DNA from: Candidatus Heimdallarchaeota archaeon
GTDB taxonomy: Archaea; Asgardarchaeota; Heimdallarchaeia; Heimdallarchaeales; Heimdallarchaeaceae
Length of the DNA: 64,000 bases
NCBI GenBank assembly: GCA_019057815.1
Contig: JAHLWR010000019.1
Coordinates: forward strand, 3,400-67,399
Direction: 5' to 3'
Shown here: positions 30,501-37,200 of the stretch, in pieces
Numbering within the stretch: the first letter of the stretch is position 1
Layout of the letters: every line of letters starts with the position of its first letter
Translations under genes and position numbers: made by a program
The notes under the pieces: generated by a model
What the model saw: the letters and a program-made list of their open reading frames with translations, nothing else
Databases searched by the model: none
Told to the model about the DNA's origin: nothing

Positions 30501-31222
30501 CTTACAGGAGTCATTACATCAAAGAAGAAAGAGAAGTTTACTATGGGTTGCCAAGGGATATATACTCCTGGACTCTCCAAAATTATCTTGTTATCCCAAA
30601 GAGGAACTTTTATTGTTTTTGTGTAACTCCAACCATCTCCCCAATCAGTATCTGTAACCGCACCATGGTTTTCAAATGTAAAACCATCAGTTAGAAAATC
30701 ATGATAATATCTGTTGGGAGTATAAAGTTTAATTGAACCTATCGACATATAACCCGAAAGTTCTATACGCATAGAATCGATACCAGCAATGAGATATCCA
30801 GGAATTTGAATGTGGACTGTGCTTGAATCGATATTGTTTTTCGTTAGTGTGTATAGAACTCTTTTAGTGTTTCCATCTTGAAGAGTGATTGTTGATCCAC
30901 TTGAAAGTTTGGTTGTAGCGATATTTTCTATTAAAAGCCAAACTTCAGAAGTTATATCACGTATGACATCAAAATTGTTAGTTATGGCAATTTGTCCATC
31001 TTTGACAACAATTTTAGAACTATATTCCCTAACATTGAAAGCACCATTCCAATTATTTCTTGAATATTCTTCATTATCGAAATCATCGATAAAGAACCAT
31101 ACTTTGTTATGAGCTGAACTGGGACCGGTAGCTAGTATAGAAAACATCTGTAAAAGAAATACAGAGATTAAAATTGCAGATAAAATTTTATTTTTTGATT
31201 GTTTTTTTAACCATTCGTTCAT
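15530..31222 (-). CDS. Giant protein (~5230 aa) with an N-terminal signal/anchor, a ~3400-aa acidic Tyr/Asn-rich ectodomain, a hydrophobic region and a ~1740-aa Lys-rich C-terminal module
   Basis: It is a single uninterrupted ORF. The likely start is the ATG at 31220-31222, which overlaps the upstream TAA as TAATG, with GGAGGA 7 nt upstream; the track start at 31237 is a TTG. The N-terminal hydrophobic segment is ILSAILISVFLLQMFSILATGPSSA. Modules end in motifs such as IGSIKLY, FKNIHVYRI and YDNIQVFNY. Confidence 0.85.
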   Translation of the reverse strand: MNEWLKKQSKNKILSAILISVFLLQMFSILATGPSSAHNKVWFFIDDFDNEEYSRNNWNGAFNVREYSSKIVVKDGQIAITNNFDVIRDITSEVWLLIENIATTKLSSGSTITLQDGNTKRVLYTLTKNNIDSSTVHIQIPGYLIAGIDSMRIELSGYMSIGSIKLYTPNRYYHDFLTDGFTFENHGAVTDTDWGDGWSYTKTIKVPLWDNKIILESPGVYIPWQPIVNFSFFFDVMTPVSYEYETYNYTYTIKIFNLDDPEQQYGEILSSYTIYESWNYPAFNTFSLTDYCGQRLKFEFSFSSPDTRLDCTDGVDIVIYQANIFTNGYSDPVSEEFSPWEFIHSNNHAYYDITTFFGEYYPALATDREGYLATYFIENDQLRYADYLTTELIQNNYTTEDVAIFEDLELSGISVSESCEAVRKDVNVGDFYTSLVFNLSSYDIIAGISISGYRNIKVGIGRTNDKPAIFIYVNDAIDEIIFLNSDYNLLKDNTISVETTFGYNAYLITLNGEEYYYTPSLGGMAIGGNMGFFSKCSTNSKAQIIEFKSISVSGPVRRDSSRFIMLIKSQQNIKVEVTHTVFDLFGIATVESLGVKDVLANKDSYLHFKTPDLRRLEYLQISIINNDPRPLQSPVYLGPMLVLGINPFNTKINPINYFDKGVTSEMVEDTLSYSYETNTPDNFIASYDINIREPCLFEVGVLVDNILPRISIDVYTRKLFSAEPYSFQGTITWTENEEKVFGHVIFLDFSYGDYEIVLQHPHDAYENVTIHYILTRPITSSAIAHTDYTDHNLENVWQLDFNTNEAKSTTQFDVWEEDAYYTLHKPLVENILVDGVFQQLTDWDDVSNAIITPIEGNLAAFIGSVTLEDLNIPIDHSHFPYIYFEIYSTNPLNATKVTFEDNEGNQYEFTINPNNIHDNSLTKSFILANIIGEDPDGDGRVEDSSLKLVKIIFDSYQCSHPVIFKNIHVYRIKNVETFDDYNNKDYAPYISNILLTDFSPFYIERLDNPNIHNPYTSDDKLVDFLNNDDYDLSLEDLSWFLQERDGLAPLFISNTNQPWKYNKDQILESYKQDYTSRVPLLPNYLSPAATILELSFSISNLDNDARDGEVLIELDFVDTLRKKLSQGYYEYYDMGNNIHDYIYGDTVNENYNIKLKGQLFKITEDDGPFEDSIPDCKIIWSIEDTWSPNVIDNVTYSALPFDTSYIYYDNDYIITINYGRPYYGNPMIDDDDYRHNVAYSLLYDFEEKQHFNYPSTCGSFEGFTVSFGDDILLGGTKEDKNYLTNPFVDDDDLSLINYLNKYPLFTQTFLALGAAPISYDMDWTVNRKLFPNYNGEELSLLEYSEFEINTPTLTQMYKDSFSSADYLNLPIGTRIEPILNANLNISEYYLDLVYGCGRLTLETETNGWNQLFGDHTLTEVHNYIHKKLTNSTLPELNKVSFQSTKNIYINNQDWGYASTIDSLYLTFFTHTPSSYLSLDGSNAIGGDWSILDKSPYDFTSPYSIDSGPKGIQWLYDSDTKDFWEQNSFYLSCGYYGHYYNYYMHHYNEWMSFGGHGYLGELKGEPDGQAVDYILLNDDLPHRIVNYDGPIADKFLLKAEFKIDKWSSNDLPTDVLFTSGALILPGENEPEILRIKILHYGHNEDREWTIKYDTNDINNRNNEHRLEHQDITYVYIGNALLGAFPASEEIIINFEILISRDTVHEYLINIYCDSPRYNEGLNWYYYNQYYGSMQNVPFTKDIMENANVHTEYIIEGTNDKYGFEYVHPNYIPLHGDHKVAFENSAYFTDSEEYRLNNIYNDGSFGFTVGFGNDQFTYIDYIPITDSFDEEEIQELEGDYSWSGTTGMGTGYSDSLIMYPNSKFRFVDKLSGNIDITFDLDMFAMNIEDLDNSIEIGLAKVDPYSNYYYTGMKFGYSSFYNEWRSSDSVAVGEVDEDHTYYNLEVISHLSTYKNFFVRLQYDETTHIMRFWIWKWDEIIDLDNYIEVRIDTTTNNLDTTGIKPYISVGGSLLFVHSIFSNTFHYEDDEILTQLPSMNGQGELGDYYLRYNTNQMLNCTGSVNFVYSTEDGSSGPEWSMDFMPSTDFETIITNEYYNDTINEWITVGYIKITHNGVLFGNNSDLLLQITSGDIIKEHEWNHISLNYYYSPIVDIIDENNVTIREGDFILVINEDEYSFNTSVVVGSGEYRFTLSNSIGSVHYDNIQVFNYIEYFSTQKDFEDNWEITVKGGYWKISINAYTTNLYLTIIGCSIQDGLSNITIIINDNYILRDTWTQSSPFPNLEYHRYPINLNVIGNSPNNILKLRFISQGLTSVYGFSLATRESVTDILYTAETYNLEEQREWKDIISTIDPDSGDYSEVTENNAIINPVFVQDSGVIEYILDTIDVKEGLTLSGFVKGKGKIVIEEILCRGNQHIELEFTFGEKSIWYEGSATYTVDVDNHIYITASFPLTLLEDKEKWQYFEIDLYQALAHIPAYDGETSTIDNLSLKYPTRTFNFDVIKIMPNIQTLKEMVESLLFADFKYSLERSTIGEFPSSESKITIDSSEGEQTSALWKIKELGETGVIDIDTIFERAIEPNTVDNYYFMIYADSFAAETIFIEIDSDLPFTIYQSGIAIYTKSDFKRNNAFIPINVHGGTSPILFKIVRPSDNPNHLMHISYIAFGDISIGGSVFQQNEYITQWLYTQPFGSEVLHNTEGLIGLINDICPKKGDRLKTPYGNLEFNQLENDEDTFYIDFGSDIKFIPSAEDYIILYTNLYYAQDLEDAELIIQKGLDNNFGFDIKLFSIDGYQLIQNEDSIFNEVDTSSNTLTIPLLNRYAIPSVYTQGYDDYRGRLGIDLIRPRLDPGPMNWMEGDYVVRNNPYDDLTGDQDLETYYEYKLGIDSKGFHRILMLVQITDTSQPLNISIRLKNRMDKVFEILEPSPIRVNYNVVLSRLDTLMYESKPFDEVAGGTSIIDNEHVLAGGFFRDDLGGFHTYRIYFLGASDFETQLEVESYYRLDEEDEDNLGIPQIYDGGTGVPLASYVLFNMNFAIKIDEGFNNNYMNTYSITAGRWWFRTVPDVNGSYEMLTAPAAPILSEEEISQINSELGALSLTSSSSTNTACYLVGDTEIILDGLGQSRANFIYDPAIHGNFTAEGYNIDGYTLMEGDYVGDDIHQSDPEITRYLSFNEYSNQYIDLLNLDSETDSTTHYFTFTNATTDVETEIIRTVGINTEIIITANDNDFIWTLHNRYIEVIPKADADKYKKTYITSSGSFTIYSNNLDNPDYSGTYVGVFDNPATIQAIQSKIDLPYEIPLSLSGTYEDADYFDPTKSSFAEWFEKLIIQCFNQEEQLDVGDAVDYSSYYMEDGKIKWQCLNLADYNTQDQVKLLDVDVSGLNYIDVRVLRDVFNLKGMEDRFTDWMEGIFDLIQGSYDPFKDSPTHSTWYKIWSFVSKALRIAWNVIKFFWRMMTGFSLGATGGDKGEMLQQRTDYAYVKFHSAFMFFWALILGNSEGAGIPLSYYTGEASESYTVLDKDKCTRTHSILEFDYLWDAYLNHLSTKTISNVNSKLPFADSAYADAVVNSTDSDLANMRDWVTSPNYQPEAYNMCERDSNIFLWFKSKFLKYGPYSIGVYTKEMMASNIQPLGFDDHYLVIAVWDGTSTADGDSYKWLISLDKHYKLSIDQIYIQFGITELEFLTTIEMIGNIFPVIALYEDVRDSIIVQNSFFRALSRIQIPMDIVDIFTRVSLLRNSIKASSRNAKLVDDVLGHQLSMIEFATKQKSIINIHTSLRQAWSYLEYTVFLPWGAFQGSMKLFMKSFGKALIKSNRAFARLPDFLASILSLEMLIKKQRLGSIFALFEVFATSLSKIVTLEKDGRLDNFIKILTPSTFFSQMNEVTSSEVMVKNSLTDTDTIPPDSTVTGKTGVDTNLNIARLTYGFSFISNDHIDRMHTRYTGSTVTSIDAKMKAIDSFKNGFFNYAVPGRTSSQVNTLQTSLILALMALDKNISPKNILGENVLKELDIVAKKIIESEGIITIDENGNPVTKYPAFIQHLKTFQDLMDDRLVSKDALKRFRAVPKETVGELVECATKFDIYLVMKWANDELKKRLNTHTEDDPKPTDGNGAKKKAAIIWEELQEQLTLMGAGGVILPVVFGPDRNSVDDVGVITTSNGIFKFDVSQIEYDADKGITFKDKDWGPIDMNIDYITPKGPRSIDDTNYRQLILNIQGFDMVTKHGAWEFKNNRLWEGMNVVSSANVQSSLGRDMSTLATLIKRKFIPNYFVDSEGKLLSIDIMTKDQIEQFIRYEKGTGYKREFNELNLMRLLNTFTRTIDEKSNGLKTDFETAKRLALKLQLEIMLISGLTVNLVFLKDVFSAEVIDASGRGQLHNMGYKDGDGTTLIDIDEVYHVSVNTDTLKTFLTYKNSLFKGELEGENTYIEAAFMVNVPQPKIGNKPIRSICFVVNKDGVRSNYIVDFEDIKRIHDDYKLYTRPLLEVFINKDEVEGINTGKNCLGTGIDIETDSDGLSTSIIKYTSETVNDPTKPHLFEMVYLDGRNFPAPEGVDPSPSKTILISPLSYDHVKIDSIKGAYLTLRDMKGDEIDGMIKLFFKRGIMGCDYKTDKHPNDLSYRYQRVFLYSLLTTNNVPYLKTDTKTVDGITKISVSYEWVDISLAIKKMEELKKDITSSETDVGTKSKTIESIYNLLIKNMGIDPRCKSDAVIARLSDTIEYYKDLNNAPKIDCYTKTTLKFDIDTEIGVEETIFNPYYLGYKHCNVMDSSILDLDDAISLYDKHMDFLTDAFKENTNARKVVMGGDGAYLRLKKEGLLGKETDPWRYRTNAADGIDYFQSSLITDIYTRYIHKDIKDPSVSLKDMLQKYRPYASRFRANRVNLIHEHASKTYTKYLMYSSFYQKFRDSISKKNNVDFVNNIKKDITPKDGKTARDILYKRVLDHFNNNAYLKPLLKNKMVTIIESGAGIKIFFVEKGDRGKRAFIINLNKFECNVDTLKSLITKLGGKIVDNSEIRWPTTNLEEYKNTDRSLINLINDLDGVRGKSLNAARKALELMYINIDHEKPHNNKPAISLKGLSDREIIDSIALIGMVEKLDDYCSFIKDKKLEYKQDRSIRYLRYIEIKPKETETAGTFKVEINLNTLPTISSLKIFNRVENLRYLVPEALCFDGRPPELFRQFDIAAQNFDKPYEQAHKYEDAQDKGPYKIDDYDYDDDTTNWAHCIMKYVDFWGAGGMFGKKTY

Positions 31223-34200
31223 TATTTCATCCTCCAAGAGAAATTACTATTTTTTATAGATTTGAGAGAAAAGGTTTTACCTATACGAAGTTTAGATCTG
31301 AAAATAACCGAAACAATAATACAGAGAGAAAGTCCAACAATAACGACAGGTAGGACGATAGTATTATCATTAGAACCATTGTTGAGAGTGTATAGGTAGT
31401 AGATTTTACTTACAGTTTCATGACCTGAGGTATCAGAAACTTTGATCCTGAGACAGTATCCTGGAAAATCTTTGGCTTTGAAACTTACATAATATTTTCC
31501 ATCCTTAAGACGCATAGTCTTGTCTTTGTAAACTTCGAGTACTTTGTTGTCGTCTTCTCGTAAAAATTCAAGTTGAACATCGTTAACGTTCTTTTCTTTT
31601 ATTATCGCATTTACATCAATTTGATCACTAATATTTACTAGTTGTGGAATATTGACTTCTAGAATTTCAGGGTAATAGATATCCCCAATTTCGTAGTTAT
31701 AAACGTCTGAACTATAGATTTTATGATAATCATTAAAAACAGAGATATAGAACTCTATTTCCTCTTTATATAGAAGATCGATTATCGCACTAGCTTTATC
31801 AAGTTCTTGTGTGTTTGAAAGTAGGGGATATTGTAGATACTCTCCGGTTGATTCTTTAATATTTAACATAACATAATAGTCTATTACAGGTAACTCAAAG
31901 GCTGTACTGAATTCATGAGTAATTTTATCGAAAGACCAATCTAATAATCGTTGCTCTTTAAGTAACCACTGAAAACCTCCTTCAGATGTGAAATATTTAT
32001 AAGCTGTAGTAGTTGTTCCTCCATCCGAAGTGGCAATAATACGATAATATGTTCTAACTCCAGCAACAACCCATGCCATGACATAATCATAATGGTAGTA
32101 AGTACCACTTCCGTGTATCATAGTATTAGTTTGATGAGATTGACCGTTGACATACCATTCAACTTCTACTGTTAAGGGACTATCTGGTTCGCTAACATAA
32201 GCGTAAACTGTTACAGCTGTCCCAACTTCTGGTACTCCAGACTTTCCGTAAGAAGTTACGCTAGGTGGAGTAGTATCAAAACCTATTATGTCTACTGTTA
32301 CTGTAGAGGAGAAAACGTTATTGTTTGCCTTATCCCACCCTTTAGCTTGGAATCGCACTTGTCCTCCACCAAGATCAGTCCAAGCTCCAACATTCTTTTT
32401 CCAAGTATTAGAGTCTTCAACATCCATAGTCCCGGAATAGTAAACCCAATCACTCCAAGTACTTTCTCCTTCAGCTTTAGTCTGGTATTTTAACTGGACA
32501 TAATCCATCCCAGAAGAACCCATGCTTTCTTCACTATCTACAAAATCGAAATATAACCAGAAAGTTTCGTCTTCGTAAATAGTACTATCACTTATTGAAT
32601 AAGTTTGGTAGATAGGATCTTGATAATCGTCAATTTTAATGAAGTTTTCTACAATATGAGTGCCCCAGTTATAATTAGAATCTTTAGCATCTATTTTAAT
32701 ATCATACCATCTATAAGCATCACCGTTGGGTTGCCATGTAAAGGCACTAGAAGGCAAAGTCATATCAAAATTTTGATAAAGGAAAGGATGTTGTGTCATC
32801 CATCCAAGATAAGTCCAAGTACTTGAATAATGAGGTTTGATGTATATTTTAGCACTAGCAATTTCATCAATTTCGGTTGAGTCACTGATCGTTACATAAA
32901 CTTCAAGTGTTTCGTCGTATTGTATAATATTATCTGTACCACCATTATGTGATAGTGAAACTACTTCAGGACCAGTTTCGTCAAAAATAATCTCAACTAC
33001 TTGTGTAACATAGTTGAAATTTGAAGATATTGGACGATTGTCACTTGCAACCCATCGACAGTGAATAGTATCTCCAAGATTCATAGCAGAATTGGGGATA
33101 GTAGCAGAGAAAGAGTTTCCATTCTGTGTAACAGTAAGATAAGTTCGACTGTTAGGATCTGTGGTGTAATAATCAAAACTTACAGCAAGTATGTCGTAAC
33201 CTGTAGATATTATTGTTGCTGAAACAGGAAGATCACCATTGTCTCCATAGTCGTCAACGATATAATAAGAAGAGATACCAGGAGCGTAATGGTCATCAAT
33301 TGCTAATGTTCCACTAGTTACAGCAGAAGGATTATTTGAGTTATCATACATTTTGACTTCGTAATTGATTGTATCACCAAGATAGATTTCGTCGAAATCT
33401 TGTAAAATAAATGCTAATTCGTTATCACTATAAAATGATAAACTCTGCCAACTGCTCCAACCAACACTGTTTTCGTTTATTAATCTAATATCATCTACCA
33501 TAAATTTCGCACTGTTAGGTGAGAAATATTTACTAGCGTCGTTTGATTGTAACTGAATACGCAAAAGGTTAATATCTGTAGCATCTGTATCTGCATGGAA
33601 TGAATCAAAATAATATTCAAATTCATACCATGTATTTATTTGTGTTATAGTCCAACCAGAATACCTCCATGTATCACTTGCCCAGAAATTAGATGGGTTA
33701 GAGGCAATACCTACACTTAATCGACATGCTGTGGCACCTATTGGTAATTCTGTAATTTTAACTTTAATTTTGAATAAGTTGTATCCGCTGTTTAACATAT
33801 CTATTGGACTGGTAAGATAATTATAAACTCCATAATAATAACGAGTTCCTGAACTATCTACTGTGAGTTCTAAGTTTCCTCCAGTTGATGAACGTGAAGA
33901 ATAAAAACTTGAGTCCCATCCATCTAAATCTTCATCAAAATCCCAAGGATCATTTAAGTAATTTGTCGCATAATCACTTATTTCTTTATATCTATATTCA
34001 CCACTTGAACAATAATAATCTCCTGTTGGACCATTATCAATACTTGAAACTTTTATTGTAGCCGAAGTGTCTTCAGCGTTATTGTTAATATCCACATAAT
34101 CAGGAGGGTTATTCAGAGTTGGTTGGTTAGGAGCATAAAGATCTAAACTTTCAACATAGAATGTGTGACTTCCTGGGTTACCTAAAGTATCTGAAAATAT

Positions 34201-37200
34201 CACATAACATTGAATGGTATAAACATCAACATGGTCATCATCATTAATAGTTGAAGAGAAAACAACATTATCAGAGGTAGACATTGTTACATAACTTGTC
34301 CATGCCCCACTAGGAGTTTTATGTTTGAATTGAACTGTGTTAGCATCAACTCCCGTAAGATCGTTCAGCGTTATTTCTACAGGTATTGCAACATCCCACG
34401 CACTATCAGGAGCATTAACTGATTGAACAGTAGGTGCAACATTTTCCATAACTATGATATATATTATTTTACTACCTGCATTACCGTTATTGTCACCTAC
34501 AGATATAATTACTTCTATGACATCATCAGTAACATAAGTTCCTCCTAGAATAGTTGCAGTGAAATGTGTTCCTGGACTTTCAGGTATATCAGCAAAAGAC
34601 CATGGGGGGGAATCTCCTAGAAGTTTATGTCTAACATTAACTCCATCATGTGTAAGTTGGTTGATAGTAGGATCTATTTCATCAATATCTATAGTAATCG
34701 TCCCATCGCAACTTTCTTTGAAAACAGATATACTACTGATTGTTATTATTGGTTTAACGTTATCTATAATAGTAAAATCCAAATTATAGGCGTTAACTGT
34801 TCCTCCTGAACTAGTTGCTCGTATTTCTCCGTTAATTACATACTCATAATAATATTGAGGTATTATAACTTCATATTTTCCTGTTTCATCATTAAGCGTC
34901 ATTGTGAAAGTAATAGTTCCTCCACCGTTAATAGTATATCGAAAAACTACGGAAGAAGGATCTTCACCATTAGTTGTGATAACAGTGTTTATGTATCCAT
35001 TATCTAAATATCCAACATCATCGTTTGATACATTGGGTAATATTTCAAAGAAGTCGATATCGATAGTATCTCCGTTCATTGAATACGGAGTAGAACCCTC
35101 TGTTGTATTTGTAATATATAATCGTATATAACAATAAGTTTTATCGGTGTTTAATGTAGTTGTGACAGTATGCCAATCTCCATCGTCATTAATATTGAAC
35201 CAATAACTATCAGAAGTAGCTCCAAAGGGTTCAATATAAAATAATATTCTAATTCTGTTGATAGAGTTTGAAACCTTTTGAGGAATGCGGTAACGGAAAG
35301 AAAGTTGAGAATAATATTCTGTCGAGAAAGGATTGGATTGTAAGTCTACCTCTACGCACCTCCATGTACCACCAACACTTACAAGATGGATGTAGTCATT
35401 ATCTACTGTTTTTGTCATACCCATTCCGTCCCAACCTAACGAAACGTCTTCCCAATCCCACGCTTTAGAAGGTTTTAGTTCAGTCGATGAAATACTTGGA
35501 GCTATTTTGTCTGGAATGTCATAAAAGAAAATCTCGCTAGTATAGGCGTTATTTTTGTTATCATAAACAACTGTATAGTAATATAAATCTAAACCAGCAT
35601 CAAGATAACTTTGAGCAATATAAGAGTCGAAATGACTTACACCATTGAATTCTAGAACAAAAGTCATTTGATGGTCAAACCATGAGATATTGTCTTGACT
35701 ATAATAAATATAGGCTCTTTCTATTCCTGAACCACCTAAATTGTCTTCTGTAGCTACTTGAACAAGATAAGATTGATCATTTCCAAGACCATTAGGAAGA
35801 TCTATATCTGCATATACTGGTGCGATTGTGTCAACAACCCATAAAATATAATGACCGCTGAGAGTTAGTAAATTACCCTGAGCATCTCTAATGAGAAAAG
35901 TTATAACTATTTGATCATTATATTCGTAGCCACCACATTCTGTAGGAGTAATAGTATAAACAAATCCTCTATATGTCTCTCCTTCAATAATATTCCAATA
36001 AGAGTCATAATCCATGTTAATAGTACCACTTTGATAACTGGTAGTTCCAGCTGATTCATCGTAAACATAATATGACATTTGGATGGTTACAGGATTACTA
36101 AATTCATCTCTAGCTCGTAGAATAACATCGAAAGAATAACCAGGATTAATGCTCGATGGATAAATGTGGTTTATATCGTTAGAATAGACATAAGGGTCAA
36201 TCCCATCTGTAAGGTCAACTGTAACATTACTAAAAGTACCCATGTTGCCGTAAATATCAGAATACACATAATGATATGTTAGAAAACCGTCAGTGTACCA
36301 GTCTATGTCGGTATTTGTTACTGATACCCCGTATATTCCGTTGTATTCATTTCCTCCTGCAACCATGCTCATTGGGAAGTAATAACTTGTTGAAGGTTCG
36401 GTCTCTGTTCCATAAGCTACATAAATCCATAATCCCACGCCTATTGTTTCATCTATTCCCGACCAATCCTTAAGATTTATCTGGAAGTCTATATTTTGAG
36501 TATCATAGTTGTACTCTGTGTGTGTATTTATTTCCGCTAATAGTGGCTCTTCCACGTCTTCAACCCAATAAAATTCAATTATTTCTTCTCCCTCTCCCCC
36601 ATTCCCAAGTGTATCTACAGTTATTATCTTGATAAATAGTCTAGAAATGGTATAAGGTTCATCTACTGAAGGGATATTTGAAAAAGAGAAAGTGTTTTGA
36701 TTATATATTGTACCAAATAGTATCCAGTCTGGATCCGTATTATCAATCATAGCTGAATAATGATTGCCGTCGTATAACGTATCATACCACTCATCCCAAT
36801 TAGTCCAGTCTCGCATATAGTAAAAATCAGCTTGCTCAACTCCTGTAAAATCGTAAAGTGTCCCTTCAAATGTGAAGGTATCAGGACTATTGGTAGTACT
36901 AATAAAATTTGTTAAAGTTGAATCTTGTAATTCAGGACCATAAATATCAATCATAAATTTAGATTCAGGATCATAATCGTTTCTAAAGATAAATTCTATA
37001 TCGTCTATTTCTAACCAATAGCTAGTAGAATTTACACAATTGCTTTCATAAGTTACAATTAATTTCTTAAAACTAAAAATACTTTCGGGCAAAATATCTT
37101 TAATACTGAATTCCAATGTTCTGTAATATTCATCCACAAAATAATAAGGGGTAGAAGAGTCATAGATTAAATATTCATTATCAAGAATATCATAAATTGT

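Noticed and set aside
16050-30694. Many 60-156-aa plus-strand and alternate-frame ORFs inside the 15.7-kb gene (for example 16050..16412, 19497..19898, 20219..20689 and 26548..26790).
   Set aside because: All are embedded in a single 5230-codon ORF and have low-complexity or odd composition. They are expected by chance opposite a long AT-rich coding region.
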